This document shows, one piece after another, positions 37,091-51,450 of a stretch of DNA of 64,000 bases. The stretch is taken from NCBI RefSeq assembly GCF_009834535.1, contig NC_045697.1, positions 26,786,001 through 26,850,000 on the forward strand, in the 5' to 3' direction. The position numbers were made by a program, and so were the translations under genes. Each line of letters starts with the position of its first letter. Position 1 is the stretch's first letter. Source of the stretch: Camelus ferus. Lineage: Eukaryota. Below the pieces are notes generated by a model that worked only from the letters and a program-made list of their open reading frames with translations, searched no databases and was not told the DNA's origin.

Positions 37091-40000
37091 GAACTTAAAA
37101 ATTCTAGATCAGAATTTGCTAAAAGCCTTCAGGTAGAAAATAAGAGATAGAAGGTTACAAGGGAATGAGAATTACTTGAATAACTTTTTTGTAAATTGTG
37201 GCATGAAATGGGTCATTATTCCCCAATTATGCCAGCTACATAGTCATACATACTTTTTAGCTAGAGGTAACCACATTTAAACAGTGTATTTTTTTTTAAA
37301 TGTTGGCTTAACACGTAAATATGAATTCAGCCCAAGTTATGAGGTATTAATAGTTCCATCTTTAAATAATAGAGCAGACACTACTTCAAATTTATGTTAA
37401 AAAAAATGGCCCAAAAACCAAACCAAAACAAACAAACCAAAAAATGCCTCTTTTGAAGCCATAGGTAGGAAGCAGATTTCAAGAAAATGACATTCAGAGA
37501 GAATAAAAAGTTACCACTTCCTCCTTTTAATGTAAGATGTGCTAAAATCTTATACTAAAAATCATTTCTTTCACACATAAAGAATCCCTTTAATGTTGCT
37601 TTAAATCTACATGAAGGTTCATAGGTCATTCTTTCAACTCCTGGTAATCTTTTAGACCTTGATGCGGTTTTCCTGCCACCGATGTTCCAGAGAGCATGTG
37701 GTGCCCACATTTATGTGGGAAGGCGCACTCTTATAAAAATGAGCAGCCATCTCTCTCTAGGAAGGATTTCAATACAGATCAGATCTCACATACAGTTGAA
37801 AACTGTTTCGTTTCAAGTGGCTCCAGTGGTAGAATGAATGACCCAACCGTTGTGTAAGGTGATCACTTATTGTGTGCCTGCAGTGGGGGTTGTAAGCGCG
37901 TGTTCTATTGGGGAAGTAATACAGGCGTTCCTGTCAGTGTTTGATGTGGAGGAGAGAAGGGCTGTAGGTGGATGATAACTAGAATCTGGAAAGGGTTAAT
38001 TCACCTGTTCGTTGATTCTGACCCATAAATCTGGGAGTAGGGTGGAACTGAGAGAGAAGAATTGTGGAACAGAAGCAGTTTTTGTTTTTTAACTTTGAGT
38101 TTGGTGCTCCTTGAAAAGGGCTAGAGACTGAGGCAGTCTGGTCCCTTTGAGGCAGGGGAGCCAGAAAGCTGAGCCTCAGCAGGGCAGAGGGAGGCTAGGA
38201 GCCTGCCATCCTGCGTGTGCCTCCGGGATTACCTAAAGAACAGAAATTAAGGGCTTAGCCAAATGCTAATGAGATTGTTAAAAAATATTTGAAGCTCATC
38301 CTTTGGATTCAGTACTTATTGGCCCATTTTCTTTTTGTTGTTTCTTACCTTTTTCTTTTTGGAAACTTTGTACAATATCTCAACTGTGTCAAAGAGGTAA
38401 AAAGGTTTTCACTTTTGCTGAAATCATGGGATCAAAGCACACCCTTGGCTCTGGGGGCTGCTCCAGTGGGTGTATAAGCGAAAGGGAAGGTTCCCATTTT
38501 ACACTGTGCAGACCTTGAAATGCACATGTAAATTTCCTCTCTGCCAGTACCCACCCGTGCCTGGAGGAAGGCAGTACAGGTTTCCAGGACACGAGTTTCA
38601 TTTGATACCACAGCATCCAAGAATCACAATACTAGAATCCTAGATTCAGTAGTTTTTACCAGCTGTTTAATCAGGGGTAGGTTCGAGAATGTCAATCTTC
38701 CTCTCTGTCAGAACCAAAAACACCCATATGATACATCTTACCAAGTTCTGAGTGTGAAATTCTGTCGTATATAAACAATGAGCCCAATGTAGAAACAAAT
38801 CATTATTCTTTTCTTAAAACTCTTCCAGATGCGAGTCTTAAACTGACTGTAAGCCAGTGTGAAGTCATTACGCTCCGTTAAGATAAAGTAACATTTAGTG
38901 CTCAGAATAAGTGCATAAGAAACATCTGTTGAGTTCAGATGTCTTAATAGGAATGAAAGTGGAGAGGAGATGGGGGCAGTCTACCTCCTGACCTGGCCTT
39001 CCCAGGTGTTCTGCAGGACCTGCTGCTGCCAGGACTCTCTTTGGTTCACAGGATCCATCCCTCCAGTGTTTGTTCCAGTCCTGTCACCTCCTGCTCCCGC
39101 CCCCAGCAGAGCTAACCCTCTGTGTCAGTGTACCCAAACTCCCATGCCAGTATGGCTCCCCTACTCTAGGTGAGGCCAGCTAGAGCCCCAAAGAGATGGT
39201 TGTAGAACCCAGCCATGGAGTCCCTATCCTCCAGACCAGAACTTCCAGTAAAATACATTCCATGAATGCAGTTCCTGGTTTTTGCTGTAGTCACCCCAGG
39301 GAGGGGAAAGTTGGTGGAGAAGGGCGCCTTCCTCCCAGGAAAACAGGGACTGAAGGATGAGGTGAAACCAGACAATAGCAGTGCAATTGTAAATTCCCAT
39401 GCAATTCTCGCAAAAAACAATGGGAAATCAGACACTGCTAACATTAGGGTCTGGCTGCATGATGATTTTGGGGACCAGTGAGGAACCTTGCCACTTTCTG
39501 TAACATTATTTTTATGGCAAGTTTCATTTTGTATTCCATTTAAATCATGCACAGTCAGGCTTGTGTAACAGCCATTTGGGAGTTGGAGAGATTTGAGCGT
39601 TTTCGCTGGAGAGCTTTCTGCTTGTTTGCTAATAGCCTTGTGTGTGCACACAGTATAACCTTCGTGTTCATGAGGTGGTAAGGGAGCACAAAATGGACTG
39701 AAACGTCTTAGCTTCTGCTTTTGGTTTGGACAGTAGCTCCTTGACCTTGGGCAGTTCTCTCTGGGACTCTCTTCCTCATCTATAGAATGAGGTGGATGAA
39801 AAACAGGACTTCTGGGACCTCTTCCAACTTCAATATTACATTATTCCATTTCTTTGAAACTCCCAGGAGTTCCATTTTGTTTTATTTCTTTTTAAGGAGA
39901 GGAAGTGGGGAGTATCACTCTATCATCTGAAAAATAGTGACAATATAACCTGTCCTCCTTGACTCGGAAGTGTGTTATGATAATGGATGGAAAAGCACTT

Positions 40001-40334
40001 CTGAAACTGCAGTATGCTACGTAAATGTGTACTCTTGATGATTAGAATGTGGAAAGTACTGGAGGACAACCAAGTCAATGGGAAACATCGCCAGGATTTA
40101 GAAACCCTTCCCCACTGTTCACTATTAAAAGTGGAAAATATAAGTAATATGAAATAAGCATAAAAGACCTCCTCTTTAGGCCTATGAATGAGACTTTTAG
40201 GTTGACAAGATCACTGGGCTTTTGGGTAAGGTGACTGAATATAAACTCCTGGAGAGATGGGGTTGGATCTCTCCCCTGAATTGTGAGAAGGAATTTATCA
40301 TGTGTGTACATTTGACACATGATTCACAGGACTA

Positions 40335-40600
40335 GGCAGTAATAGAAGCTAAAGATTCAGAATCTGGAGTTGGAAACACTTGGGTTTGAGACCTTGCCGT
40401 GCCATTTTCTGGCTCGGTGCCTTAAAGCAAGTTACTTAAGCAAATCCACAATTAGAGAAATTACCTCTAAAATGAAAAATATCATAGGATTTTTATGAGG
40501 CTTAAATGAGAGAAAGCTTGTGAAATGCTTATCACATGGCTGGCACATAATAAGCCCTCATTAAATGTTAACTAGGTTTATTATTGTTGTTGTTATTTAT
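40335..40600 (+). mobile_element. MIR SINE
   Basis: 'gcaagttacttaa...ttaaatgagagaaagcttgtgaaatgctt...ggcacataataagccctcattaaatgttaac'. Confidence 0.75.
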
Positions 40601-40984
40601 TAGCTCCGTTATCTCTGTACCTAGAAGATGCTGACAACTAGTTAAAGAAGTGACATCAAGCCTGGCTCAACTAGCTGGCAGTCATTTAAAAAAAACAAAA
40701 CTCATCTGCCAATGGTATCTTTGTTGCCCACTCAATTAGGAGAGGGAAAGATATGTGACATGATGATACAGTTGGAAAACATTTATATTCTGTTTGTTTA
40801 TATTAAACCAGAATGTTTATTTCTAACTGTCTGTCAAGGTTGACATCTTAAGAGGCCATGGTTATTCTCAACATTTTAAAAGTGCTTTTGTAGAATTATC
40901 AGAAATAAGTTTACAAGCCAGGAGGATAGGCATGCCTTCTTTCTTTATAGTCATCCCCTATTTTTAACCAGAAACTCCCAACAG

Positions 40985-41465
40985 TCATTGAACAACTATT
41001 TATTGAGGGCTTTCTACATGCAAGACACTGTTCTAAGCCTGGAGGATATAGAATTTAACTATGGTAACTAACTGTGTTTATTTAACATACACATTTCCCC
41101 TACGGTCAGGGCTTTCATGCTCTAATGGAGGAACCATCATGTCAAAAATAAAAAGATAAATTAAAATTTTTAAATCTCTTTGTAAACTTTGTGGGGTGAT
41201 ATGTACTGTGAAGAAAAATGAAGCAAGGTAAGGAGAGCAATGGGCAGAGTTGCTCTTTCCCGGTGATGAATGGTCAGAGAAGGTCTGTCTGACAAGATAA
41301 TGTTTGAACAGAGACATGAGCAGTTTGGGGCAGGGAGCCACGTAGGTACATGGAACGCAAGCATTTCTGCCAAGAAGCACATGCAAAGGTCCTGAGGCAC
41401 AGCATGCCTTAGGTGCCCAAGGAGCAACATTGTGGTCAGTGTGGCACATAGATGGAGATAGGGCA
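40985..41465 (-). mobile_element. L2 LINE 3' end (L2a-like)
   Basis: 'tatttattgagggctttctacatgcaagacactgttctaagc...ggtcagagaaggtctgtctgacaagataatgtttgaacagagac'. Confidence 0.8.
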
Positions 41466-42739
41466 ATTTTCATAAAATTTAACATTCCTGTATACAGGCA
41501 CCAACCAACCAGAACAAATACTGTCTATTAGCAATCAGTAAGCTGCATGCATCTGTGTGTCTCTGCTGAGCATCAGCCTTGATAGAAAATGAGGTCAGGA
41601 AATATATGGAGGCAAGACCACGTACGGCCAGCATGTTATCTCCCCATAATTTCTAGGCTTAGTTTCATAAACCAACTTTACTCACAAAAGAGAAGGATCA
41701 TCACCATTTATTTGGATAGTACTCATTCATTGATTCCACCTATTTTTAAAAGCAATGCTAAGAGAAGATTCCAAAAGTATTTCCAACATTGTTGGAAAAG
41801 AAGGTGTGTCAGTATTCACTCGGATGTATGTGTAAGTTTGTTATAACGAGTCTGACTGGTGTTCTGTTTTGTTCTAAATTCAGCAGTTCTTCAGTGTCCT
41901 AGTAAAGTAGAAAGGTGTGGAGCATGACCTGTATCTCCTGGCTGCCCAGGTCTCTGGGAACTAGAATGGAAAGGGATGAGAGACATACTAGTTGGATCTT
42001 CAGAGGAAGCAAGTGGCAAATTGCCCCAGACTTTACGAATCATACCCATATACAAGAGGAAAAGGCCACATACACGTATGTGACCTGAGTAGACAGGAAG
42101 TCCTCTCTGAGGTGGCAGAGGGCGGGGTCAGCCTTGGTCTCTGGGTGCTGGAAAGTGGCATTGGCTGCTTCTTGGTATAGCTCCAGGTGATGCCCTTCCG
42201 CATCCCTTAACCAAAGCTCCTAGGAAATCTGTTACAGATTCTTTAAGAGGGAAAACTGAGGCAGCAATCCTGGAGCCCCTTATAAAGGTGATGGGGCAAG
42301 GGCCACCAGCACTGCCATGTCCGTCTCAGTTGAGGGCAGCAGCAGCAATGGGATTGATTGGGATCAATATCTGAGGCTTAAGTGAATTCAACTGGGGCAT
42401 CTTACAGCCCAGCAGCAGCAGCTGATATGACCCCCATCGGGGACAGTGGGGACCCATGGTACAGCTTTCACAGCTACGGAGATCCCAGAGCGCTCTGTAT
42501 ATATTAGGACCTATACTGGTAATAGCATACAAGAATGCGTCAGCCACGTGTTTCATAGCAGGTCCCCAGGGTAATCCAGAGGCTCACACTGACTATTACT
42601 GTTTCTTTCATGCATGCATCCGCTCACTCACGAACACTGAGTGCAGGACTGGAGTGTCCACCACCTCCCTTCCTCCCCCAGTCTGATTTGGAAGCTGAGG
42701 GAGTGTGGGTTACATAATCTTTCAAGATGTTAACAATAA

Positions 42740-42965
42740 GAGAGAATTGTGTAGCTTTTGGCTCTGGAACTGGAAACTGCCAGGTCTGGTATTTGGATTT
42801 CATCACCTTGTAGAAGTGTGTCTTCTGTGAGCCTTGGTTTTCTCATCTTTTAAATGGGGCTAATAATATATTTGACTTGTAAGATTCCTGTGAGAATTAA
42901 TGAGGTAAGATATGAAAAGCACTTAGCTCTGTGCCTAGTATAATAGACACATTAAAGCTACTTGT
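42740..42965 (+). mobile_element. MIR SINE
   Basis: 'ctgtgagccttggttttctcatcttttaaatggggctaataata...tgtgagaattaatgagg...aaagcacttagc'. Confidence 0.8.
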
Positions 42966-44659
42966 TCTGATATTCAAAATGGAAATAGAATGATAGACTG
43001 TGGAAGGTGGGGAAGAGGAGGAGAAAAAGTAGAGGAAGAAGGAGCAGGGGGAGGAAATGAGGAGAGGAGACATTTGTTTCAGGGAAGAAGTAGCTGGGGG
43101 AGGGAGGAGAAATCAAATGAGTATCCCAAGCTATGTGGAGACAAAACATTCAAGTTCCCTATAAATTTTAACAGTGTCTGGAAATTATTTAAGAACAAGA
43201 GACTGGTAGAATGTAAGAGGCCCTTAATGATTTTTTTTAAGAGGAGGAAGTAGAAGAAATGATTTTAGCAATAGGGTTTTGGATGGTCATCGGAATCAAA
43301 TGATGACTACCTTTATTCCTGACTATTTACTGAGTTTTTGTAAACAAATGAATAACACTTTCTCAGCATCCCTGAAACAAGATAGCAATTAAAGAAAGCA
43401 CTAAGGTTGTATCTGATGGTTACGAGATGGAAATTCCAAAGTATGGTTAATACCCATTCCATTCATTTCATATGGGACTAACCAAGCCATTCAAACCAAA
43501 GGAGATTTTGGACTCAAACTTCTTCAGTCTTGTCTGTCCACCCCCAATTCGAAGATAACTGTCAGCTTAATTCAGTGCCTGACCAAATTCAGATATGACA
43601 GGTGATTATTTTTTATCAGTACCTTCCAATATAATAAGAAGGCACGGAGAATGTGCGTGGCTTGCAGAAGGTTAAATAGCTGGCATAAGCCTCACCTGTC
43701 AATGACATTTCAGAAGATCTTGCTTTACATCTGGTGAGTATGATTTGGCTAGTTTCTCCCCCTTAGGTAAAATGATGTTCCTGTATCCCCCCTCATCCTG
43801 GAGTTATTTTATCATTTTGCTTTTTATAACTAGCTAACCTTTTTCCTAAATAGGTCATTTTGTTGTCCAGCCTGTAAACTTGGTGTTCTGGAGATTTTTG
43901 CCCAAGGAAGTTGAATATATTTATATCTGAAAGTGTCTCTATATTTCAGTCTCTATTTGAAAGCTGCTCAGGTTATAGCACTCTGAAAATCACTGCTCCA
44001 AAAAAGAAGATAAAACAAATGCCTGTAATCCTGTAGCAAGACATTCTCAAAGGTTCAAAGATATAAAAATGAGGCTTTATTCTGTAAGAAGTAGAATCAG
44101 AAGCAGAAATAAGTACAAGATGTAGCCTTTTTTTCATTAATGCTATCATATTCTGCATACATGTGTAAATATTTAATTTCCTATGTAAGTTCTATAAAAG
44201 ACCATTTTTAGATGTATGTAGTATATGTTTTAAAATATCTTGGTCATTTAATACCATTTTCTAATCAAAATGACATTTGTAAGATAAAAGTAAAATTTAG
44301 AGCATTTGTTTTGGGAATAACTTTTCTGCCATTAATAGCTATGCTACCAAAATATGCTAGAGGGTGTTTACTGCAGAATCTATAGGATTGAATGAACCTC
44401 AAAATACATTTGGCCAGCCGTGAAATACTTAAATTGACACAGATTTCACCAATATTAAAATCCGATCAAAACAAGCTATCTCAAGCCCAAGTCCAGATCA
44501 TTCCATGACTTGATTGTAAATTTTCTATCCCTCCAAAACAAGTGGGGAGGGGGAAGGAAAAGAAGGGCGATTTGATAGTAGTGACTATGCTAAATAATTC
44601 TTTTTAAAAAAAAAGGGGGTGGGGGTTGAAACCTCAAAATCCATATATAAAGTGATATA

Positions 44660-44848
44660 CAGTTGACCCGTAAACAATGTAGGTTTGAACTCCATGGATC
44701 CACTTATACACGAGTATTTTTCAATAGTAAATGCTACAGTACCACCCAGTCTGTGACTGGTTAAATCTGTGGATGTGGAGGGACTCCAGACGTGGAGGGC
44801 AGACTGTTGCACGCGGATTAATCTCTCATACTGTTCAAGGGGCAACTA
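44660..44848. mobile_element. Tigger2a/MER28-like MITE
   Basis: Inverted termini 'cagttgacccgtaaaca' and 'tgttcaaggggcaacta', TA at the left flank. Confidence 0.8.
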
Positions 44849-45041
44849 TCTTTCTAATACAGTGACCTGCAGTAAACTAGTAGTTGCTTAAACTGGCAAA
44901 ATTTAACTGACGCTACTCTGCACACTCTCTGTAAAGTCACACAAAAGTCTGAGACATGGGCTCTACACCCAGGAACTTACAAAATAGCCAGTGGCACTGA
45001 TGTCTGAAAAGTTAGGAAGCATCTAACAAATGCAAAACATT

Positions 45042-45400
45042 TGTATTAGTTTCGTATTGCTTCTATAATGAACTTACCACACATTTAGTGGCTTAAAAGA
45101 ACACAAATTGACTGTGTTATAGTCATGGAGATCAGAAGTCAGAATTCAGTTTCACTGAGCTGAAGTCGAGGCACTGACAGGCCTGCATTCTTTTGGAAGT
45201 TCTCAGGGAGAATCTGTTTCCGTGATTTTCCCAGCTTTTAGAGTCTGCCTGTATTTCTTGGGTCATGGCTCCTTCTTGCATCTTCAAAGCCAGTAGCATA
45301 GCATCATCTACATCTCTCTCTCTGACCTCTGCTCCCACTGTCATGTCTCTTCTGATTTGGCTTTCATGGTCACATTTCCTCCTCTCCCTCTGACCTCTCA
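45042..45400 (-). mobile_element. MLT1C/D-like LTR, partial
   Basis: 'tgtattagtttcgtattgc...tttagtggcttaaaagaacac...gggagaatctgtttcc...catcttcaaagccag'. Confidence 0.8.
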
Positions 45401-46334
45401 CTCTGGTCTTAGTGTGTTGTTTAAAACACAGCTTTGAGTCCTGACCATGTGCCAGGAATTAATCTTACAGCATAACTAAAACAAGAACTGATACAAATGA
45501 CAACAGTCAATGATAAATGGGGCTGTGCCCCCCAAGGAACACAGAAATAGAAAATAATAATGAGATGCAATGAGAATTGTGGAAGCCGCTTGACCCCGGT
45601 GGTCTGGGACCTCTGCCTGCCTGACCCAGTCCTGATTCCTCAAACACTGTTACTCTTCTTAATCTGCTTCTACCCTTACCTGCTCCTGTGGCCTGTCTTA
45701 TTTCCTATAGGAGTCTTCTGTGCAAAGAAGATAGCTTTGTACTCGAAAATTATCCATGTGCTCCTCTTCAACACAGAAACATCTAAACCACCCCTTACCA
45801 CCTGTGGGATAAAGACTGAACTCAGGAGCCTGATTTGCCAACCTTTCAACAATTTGGCATTATCCCACCAGCCAGCTGATCTCTTTCTGAACCCTACCCT
45901 CACGTATCCCCAACAAATGAAGCCTTTGTTTTAGTTTTAAGGTCTGCCTCCTATAAAAAGCCATCCTGAATGACTTCCAAGGGGAATTACTGATTAAATA
46001 CTAATTTTTTAAGTCATAGATCTTTTACATTATTGCTTTACTTTAATCTCTATGCCTTGTTTCCCAATTCATTGTTAACTAATAAAGAACTAGGACTGTT
46101 ACAGTCATCTATCACTTCTGAGCACCTTGGGTATTGCCTTGCCAGAGAGGCACCCAGTGAATGAATGTACAGTATTATAATATATAGCTTGAATGTTGAT
46201 AAAACAGTTACAAATGTAGATTGCAGTAAGGTACTTTTATACAGTAAGATCACTAATTGTCATTAGTGATGTGTCCTGTGATTATTATTACGGGTTTTTT
46301 AAAGGCCATGTAATAAAACTTAGGCAAAAAAGCA

Positions 46335-46490
46335 GACCACTGGCATGAGGAAGTCAGTTTTTAAGAAAATTACTCTGGCAGCCTTGTGCATGGGGGGTTG
46401 AAGAGGTGAGGGAAACTGGAGACAGGTAGAGGAGCCATAAGGCAGATGGAGCAAATCAAGCATAAGAGGTGAGTGAGCATCTGGGCCAGG
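46335..46490 (-). mobile_element. L2 fragment
   Basis: 'ttttaagaaaattactctggcagccttgtg...ctggagacaggtagaggagcc'. Confidence 0.55.
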
Positions 46491-47037
46491 AGTCTCCCAA
46501 ACACCTAGCATAGCCTATTGACATCTGTAATTATTTAAGTGTGGCTAAAGCTTATCTGACAAGTGGAAATAAACCACCAGGCTTTACTCCGTTAATTGAT
46601 CAAAGAAAAATCTGTTTTTAGCCAAGTAAGTTCTGTTAGAATGAATTCCATGTTTCCCGCAGCAGTGATTTTTAATCCTAGGCTCTAAAGAATTCCTTTG
46701 CCACTATGAGATTTACTTTTACTAGTATGACATAGATGTGTGTATCGATAGTTTTAGAGGAATTAAGTAGCCCGTGTCTTTGACTAGAACAAAGATCACA
46801 TAATTGTATTATAATCACAGATAAGATTTTTAGAGTAAAAATTGAACAGATTGACAGTGGGGACGCCAGTCATAATTTGGTTTGATTCAGGACCGCCAGA
46901 TGCTTGTCTGTGTTCATGCTGCTCTCGATGGTTGGTTGTACTTTTTAATTAGGGAGAATATGAGCTGTGCAAAGTTGATGTCTAGAATATTAAAGTAAAA
47001 AGTGGAAGGTTTATCCACAATCTTATTAGTGATAATC

Positions 47038-48990
47038 TTTTTCTGAAATCAAATTTGTATATAATGAAACAGAGATCTTAAGTCCAATTTGAGTTTTGAC
47101 AATGTATTCACTTGTGTATTCACACTGTTACAAAGCTATAGCACATCCCATCACCCCCAAAACTACCCATGTGCCCCCACGAGTCAGTCTCCACCCTACG
47201 TAAGCATCATTCTTCTGATTTCCATCACCATAGATTAGTTTTGTTTTGTTTTGTTTTTAACTTCATTCCAGTAGAATCATAGCATAGGTACTTGATCTGG
47301 GTTCTATCATTCAGCATTAAGATTTTGGAGATTCATCACTGTTGGGTTTGTATCAGTAGTTCATACTTTTGTATTGTTGAGTAGTATTCTGTTTTATAAG
47401 CAAACCACAAACTGTTTATACATTATCCTTTTGGTGGACATTTAGGTTGTGTCCAGTTTTTTGCTCTTAAGAATTATGCTGCTGAGAATGTTTTGTGTAT
47501 ATTTTTTTTTCTTCATTGCTGATTAAATACCTAGGAATGGAACTGCTGGCTCAAAAGCTGGATGGATATTTAACCCTATAAACTATCAGTTTCTGAAAAC
47601 GGTTGCACCATTTCACACTCCCATCAGTAATCGATGAGTAATTTAGATGCTTTACCTCTTTTGGTTGCAGCTGTCTCCTGGTGCATGAGAATTAGTATCT
47701 CACTAGGGCTTCAGTTGCATCTCTCTTAGTAAAATTGATACTGAGCATCTTTCATGTGCATATTGGATGTTCATATATCTTTTTTGTGTGGTGTTTAAGT
47801 CTTTAATTGATTTCTTTCATTGGGTTGTCTTTTTGATACTTATTGGTAGAATTTTATATTCTGGATACAAGTCCTTTGTCAAATATACATACTACAAACA
47901 TTTTTTCATAGTCTGTAGCATGTCCCTTTTATTTCCCTAAACTATGTGTTTTGATGAGCAGAAGTTTTTAATTTTGGTGAAGTCTACTTATCAATTTTTT
48001 TTAATATTTAGTGCTTTTTGTATCCAAAGATATCTTTTCCTATCACAAGACAGCAATTATTCTCTTATGTTTTCTTCCAGAAACTATGTAATTTTAGCTT
48101 TTAAGTTTAGGTACATGATGCAGTTTGAGATGATTTTTATACATGGTATGAGACAGGGGTTGGGATTCATTTTTAAATCATTATTTAGGTGACCTTGTGC
48201 CACTTATTTAAAAGATTTTCTTTTCCCTCATTACTGCGACAGCATTGTTGACAGTCAGTTAACTGTATGTGTGGATCTGTTTCTGGACTGCGTTTTGTTT
48301 CACTGGTGACTTGGTCAGTCCTTCCTTCAGTACCGCATTGCCCTGATTGCTGTAGCTTTACAAGTCAGCCTTGGAGTTGAGTGGTCTAAGTCCTCCTTCT
48401 GTGCTTTTTCTTTTTGAAGGTTCTTTTGGCTATTTCAGATCTTTCTATTGGATTTTCCATGTAAAATCCATTTCTATAAAACAGCCTGCTGGGATTTTGA
48501 TTGGAATTCTGTGGACTGTGAGGATGAATATGGACATAATTGACATCCAGACAATACTGAGGCTCCCAATCCATGAACATGGATATCTCAACAGTGTATA
48601 GTAGTTTGCAGTGACGAAGTCTTACACATCTTTTGTTCAATTATTTCCTAAGTATTTTAAATTTTATATGCTATTTTAAGTGGAATTACTTTATACAGTT
48701 TTTTAACTATTTGCTGCTAGTATGCAGAAATACAATTGACATTTCATATTTATATATCCTGTGATTTTACTAAGTTCAGTTGTGTGAGTTTGAATAATTC
48801 TTGTGTAAATTCCATAGCATTTTCTAAATAGACAGCCATGTCTTTTGGAAATAAAAGTTAGACTTCTGCCTTTTGGGTTGTTACATTTTATTTCTATTTC
48901 TTGCCTTATTGCACTAGCTTATTGTGCTCCAGAATAAGTTGTTGAACGAAAGCAGATATTTTTATTTTTCCCAATCTTAGGCAGAAAGTG
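47038..48990 (-). mobile_element. Old L1M (L1MC/L1ME-like) 3' UTR and ORF2 remnant
   Basis: Antisense L1 motifs throughout ('ggacatttaggttgtgtccag', 'gctgggattttgattggaatt', 'ccaatccatgaacatgg'). Confidence 0.8.
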
Positions 48991-48999
48991 AATGTTCTC

Positions 49000-51450
49000 A
49001 ATTTCACTACCAGATTTCTATTTTACTATTTTCCTGTGTGCTTTCTGTCTTTTTTTTTCCTCTGCTCCTCCTTGACTGCCTTCTTTTGTGCTAAGTAAAT
49101 ATTTTTGTAAACCATCTTAATTCCACTATTGATTTTTAAACTATATTTATTTTATTGAGATATATATAATTAACATATAATATTATATTTCATGTCCACA
49201 GCATAAGTCAGTATTTGTATATACTGTGAAAAGATCACCACAATAAATCTAGTCAACATCCGTCACCATACAGATTTTTTTTCTTGTGATGAGAACTTTT
49301 AAGATTTATTCTCTTAGAAACTTTCAAATATACAATACAGTATTATTAGCTAGAGTCACCATGCTATACATTAAATCCCTAAAATTCTGTACCTTTTAAT
49401 CACCTTCACCCATAATGCCCACCCTAAGCTATATTTTAAAAATTATTTTTATAGTGGTTGATTTAGGTATTAGAACATTTTTCAGTCTCCTTCAGAAATT
49501 AACACTAACTTAATTTCAGTAAAATATAGAAATGTGTTTCAAATTGACTCCACTCCCTCCCTCTTTGTGTTAACATTGTCATATACAGCTATATCTCTGT
49601 AAGTAATAAATCCAATAAAATAGTCTATGATTATTGCTTTATATAACTTATGTCTTTTAAAGAACTTGGGAAATGAGAAATGTTTCTATAGAAAACATAT
49701 TTTATATTCACACACATATCTGGTGCTTTCCATTTCCCTAGTAGATTCAAGTCACTGTCTAGAGCCAGTTCCTTTTAGCCTGATGGACTCTTTGGTGTTT
49801 TTTATAAGGCCAGGACTACTAGCAATAAATGCTTTCCATCTTTATCTATAAATTTCACTTTCATTTTTGAAGGGTAGTTTTCTGCATATTGAATTCTTGG
49901 TTTACAGGGTTCTGAAAATGCCTTTCAGCGTTTTGATTTTGTCATTCCACTGTCTTCTGGCCTCCATTGTTTCTGTTTTTCTGGTGAAGTCAACCAGTAT
50001 ATTTATTGATTCTCTGCTATATGGAACTACTTGTTTTCCTCTGTGCTCAAAATTTTCTGTCTTTGGCTTTCTACACTTTTATTGTCATGTGTCCAGGTAT
50101 GAACCTCTTTGTATTTATTTTACTTGCATGTTGTTGAGCTTCTTGGATGTTTAAATTAATATTCTTCATCAAATTTGGGAAATTTCAACTATTATTTCTT
50201 CAAGAATCTTCCTGCCTTTGCCTGTTCTCTCCTTTTCTTCTGGGACTCCTACATGTGTTTGTATACTTGATGTCCCACAGGTCTGTAAGGGTCTGTTTAT
50301 TTATCTTTATTCTCAACTCTTCAGATTGGGTTATTTCTATTGATCAACCTTCAGTGGCACTGATTCTTCTGCCGTTTCAAAGCTGTTATTCCTTTCTAGT
50401 GAATTTTTATTTCAGTTATTAAACTTTTCAACTCTAGAATTCTTTTTTTTTTTTATAATTTCTCTCTCCTCCCTGATGAACCCTATTTGTTTATTCATTG
50501 TTGTCATACTTTCCTGTAATTCATTAAATAGTTTCCTTTACTTCTTTGAACATGTTTATACTAGCTTCTCTGGAGCCTTTGTCTGCTCTATGAGCAGGGA
50601 ACATTAGAGATGGTTTCTGATGACTGTTTTTCCATAAGTATGTGTCACACTTTCCTGTTTCTTTGCATGTCCCATAATTTTTTGTTGAAAACTCGATAAT
50701 GTAGCAACTCTGGATTCTGGTATTTTCCTGAAGATTATTATTGTTGCTGTTTGTTTGTTTCACTCTTTGTTAATTTGCCTGAGCTAATTCCATGAACTCT
50801 GTCTTCCCTGTAGTATTCTTCCACTGACATCTCTGCTCAGTTTGTATGTAGACAAAGACATTGGTATTTTTTTGTTTGTTTTAGTTTTCAGCCCTGGTAT
50901 TCTAAGAGTCATCCCATATGTCTGTATTGGTTGATCATGACAGGTTGTGCTCAACCACTTTGTCAGTGAGTCTTCTGTTCACAATTTATGAATCCCTGAA
51001 TGGGGTGGGTAACACATTTAAACCTTAGGTTATTTAAAATTGTGCTCTGACCTTTATTTGGGCCCTTTGAGGTCTTTTATGTGTATTTGCATAGCCTTAA
51101 GTTTGGTTAGGAGTGTGAATAGCTTGGATTCTCTCTGGTGTTCTTTGCATGTGCATGTAATCTCAGCCATAATTATGCTTTCCTCAACCATGACTGTATC
51201 CTCAGGCTAGTAGAACTATTTGGCCCTTCCCACTTGCCCGCTGTTGAGATCATTATTTCTACCAAACATAGCATTGGGAATGGGCATTGCCCACCAGTCC
51301 AGATCAAGTCAGGCCCTTTACCTGCAGCAGATAAATGCCAATCCCATGGCCTGCCCTGCCCTGCCCTAGCAGAACCTCCATGTCAGCCTTGCTGGCCAAC
51401 AGCAATTGTGGGACGCCAATAATTGTAAGTGGCATTTCTTCAATGATGCA
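49000..51450 (-). mobile_element. Old L1M 5'-side (ORF1/5' region) remnant
   Basis: 'cattccactgtcttctggcctccattgtttctg', 'ttcatcaaatttgggaaattt', 'gtagcaactctggattctg' resemble antisense old-L1 ORF1 region; right boundary uncertain. Confidence 0.6.
49149..49424 (-). mobile_element. Short L1MA9-like 3' UTR insertion nested in the older L1
   Basis: 'ttcttgtgatgagaacttttaagatttattctcttag' motif; TSD taaactatattt (49137-49148) and taagctatattt (49425-49436). Confidence 0.8.

Noticed and set aside
39166..39651. Longest ORF in the track (161 aa, minus strand)
   Set aside because: Non-ATG start, no recognisable domain or exon context; compatible with chance
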